64,000 bases of DNA. Source: Pavona decussata (lineage: Eukaryota). This document shows, piece by piece, positions 61,697 to 64,000 of the stretch. The notes below the pieces were generated by a model that had not been told where the DNA came from, ran no database searches, and was given only the letters and a program-made list of their open reading frames with translations. The stretch is taken from positions 4,154,001 to 4,218,000 of the forward strand of contig CDRNST010000085.1 in assembly GCA_977016875.1 (NCBI GenBank). Direction: 5' to 3'. The number at the start of each line of letters is the position of its first letter. The first letter of the stretch is position 1. The position numbers and the translations under genes are program-made.

Positions 61697-62670
61697 GTAA
61701 GCTAATTGAATTAAGGAACTGCATGTCCTGTTGTTTGAGTATATTTTGACCAAGCGGCCATCATGATCAAATTGTGCATCATAAAAATATTGACATCTGC
61801 ACTTATCATCCAAAATATTCAATAATTCACTGAGTCGCACTTTAAAACCTAGAGAAATTGCTCATTAAATAATGAAACAGAAATATTTTAGGTATTACGT
61901 CTTTAAGAAATACAAATTCGCGGTCGCCATATTTGTTTTCAAAATTCTTTTAAAACTGTGGCAATAATGTAACCTCGGTTCCAGTCCTAGCTTTTTGCTT
62001 CTATATCACCGACCCACCTCTCCCTGGAGTTTATTTTGCGAGAAAGACGCATTTGTGGCACACTACTTTCGAGAGGAAGATTGAGATGTACTTGGTGGAG
62101 TTACTGGGTTTGCCTTGCCTAGCATGACTCTACAGTATCTCTGAACAGCTAAATTAAATAGAAATGCCCTGTTGCCAAAGTCTTGCAATTTGGAAGGCTT
62201 CAAAAAACGTTATCCTTGATTTACCGAACATCAATTTCCGTGTAGCCATTGTGAATGTATGGAGGAGACCTTTGAACAAAAGGCGCCCGTTTTCAGACCA
62301 AAAATTCTCTTTGAACTTTTCATGAAAAATATTTCGAATTTAGTATATTTTGACAGCCAAAGCATGTCAATTTAGATCACTGACAAAACCGCAAAGCTGA
62401 AGTATTCTGTATGCAAAAGGATTAAGTCTACCAACTTTAGTGGAGAATCATGTATTTTACATATTTTAAAAACTTGTACAGATTTTAGGATGAAAACGTT
62501 CTAGTAATAATTAATCTATTTGTGTATATTTGTGTATAGAGTGTTTTCGTGGCAGCCATATTGGAGAAACGAAACAATAGAATGATTTTCCTTTGGGAAA
62601 TATTTTTTATTTTTATGCAAATCTTTTGACACTTCTTTCTTATGGATTTATACCTCCAACAGGGCCGCCA

Positions 62671-64000
62671 TACGGAAGCTTGTAGCTGCTGAGTTGTTGA
62701 AAATCCGTCATCTGAGTTGTGAAAATCTGAAGTCCGTGTTGTGAAAATCCGAAATCCGAGTTGTAAAAATCCGACATCGGAGTTTTGAAAATCCGACATC
62801 CGAGTTGTGAAAATCCGAAATCCGAGTTGTTACCTCGTTCAGAGGTAGCATGTTGGGTTGACAGACATGCGCGACTCCCGCTGTGTGTCCATTGTGTTGA
62901 TGAAAGCCTTCAGATAGTTTTTCTTTATACAAGCCTGTCTTTAAGTGATTTTCCTTTTCTATAAGAGATCAAGGTAGGTTCCTTATATATCTCTCTTAGT
63001 CAATGGCTGGTTTTATATTAAATGCCATTTGTCGATTAGAATGTTTTTCAAACATGGCAGTGATGGTTGAAATTGTGTCACAAAGGGTATAATTTTCTTG
63101 TGCACTTTCTGTTTTTGTGTTAGTGCTTTTTAATTTTTCTACCTGCGAAGTGTACTTCTGAGAGGATTTGTCGGCCAGACTATTGGGATGACCTCTTGAG
63201 ATGAGGCGTGTTCTATTTTTTTTTAACGTTCTCCTCAAACGTAACTTTAGAAGAGTTTGTCCGTAGAATCCTAAGAGTTTCTCCTTTCAGGAAGCCTTTT
63301 TTAACGCCTGTTAGGTGGCAACTGCAGTAATCTGTCTACTGAAATGTTTCAGTAGGTTTTTAATGCGTGCGCACGTCGAGAAATCATTCTTTCTCGAATC
63401 TGTCTTCCTTATAGACTGTTGTATCCAAGAATGTTGTTCCTAATTGTGAAACTTCAGCGGTAAACTTTGTAGTAAGGTGGTAAGAATTTGCGTGCTCAAT
63501 GAAACGTTCCATTTCGTCTTTGTTTTCATCCCACAAGGAAAACAAATCGTCAGCGAAACTTTTCCGCGTTAGTGCTTTGTTAATGCTCCTTTTCTATTGA
63601 TGCCATAAAGATGTTGGCAAAAGCTACTGCCATTTTCGTGCCCATGGCAGTTCCGTGTGTTTGGAGATAGTCTTTTCCGTTAAATTGGAAGGAGGTCTCC
63701 TTAAGTAGGAGACTGAGAATTTCCCTGAGAAAATTTGTAGCTATAGGAGGGTTTTTGTCGTGAAAGTTTAGTAATGAGACCCGTACTAAGAGCAGCCATA
63801 GGCTTAAGCGTCTTGAACCTCAATTTTGTTTTTCCCAATCACTACTGGAGACTGGAATCAGCTCCTCCCTGATATGCCTGATATCACGTCTTTTGTCGAA
63901 TTGAATATTACTACGTGTCAATTTGTATAGTTAATTTTTTATTCTGTTGTCTACTTATTGTGGCATATAATTTTTACTTTTACATTTTGTAAGTGGTTGG
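62671..64000. mobile_element. Copy D version of the foldback/Penelope-RT element (runs off the window)
   Basis: 21-bp array at 62690-62830; minus-strand YLQTHGTAMGTKMAVAFANIFM Penelope RT motif near 63600-63670. Confidence 0.8.

Noticed and set aside
61105-61749. 214-aa ORF (and relatives at 3754, 15366, 47716) as a standalone gene
   Set aside because: Homologous copies have stops and frameshifts upstream; only the 73-nt leader exon is conserved across A and B types.

Overview
AT-rich, intron-containing animal DNA. The repeat types and gene style suggest a scleractinian coral or other anthozoan, which is inference. The window is a + strand tandem array of one multi-exon gene family that I reconstructed by hand from splice sites. 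The architecture is signal peptide, C-type lectin (EPN/WND), Sushi/CCP repeats, calcium-binding EGF, zona pellucida (ZP) module, furin site/EHP/second furin site, transmembrane helix, and a short tail with one GYTVL tyrosine motif. Copy A (3961-13632) is intact at 664 aa with 1 CTL and 2 Sushi. Copy B (CTL from 28644, stop 39841) has 2 CTL, one frameshifted Sushi, 5 tandem Sushi and three candidate leader exons (15630, 19744, 23975). Copy C (47923-53887) has lost its lectin exon and has an 11-nt frameshift in ZP. Copy D begins at 61624 and runs off the window. Exons from the leader to the start of ZP are phase-1 cassettes, so the family varies by exon gain and loss. The tails differ: DGYTVL (hemITAM-like) in A versus VGYTVL (ITIM consensus) in B and C. 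Introns and spacers carry decayed LINEs, Penelope-like fragments, a foldback TIR element enclosing a Penelope RT, a Crypton-like relic, several MITEs, an inverted tRNA-derived SINE pair and a 139-bp insertion containing a minimal hammerhead ribozyme.
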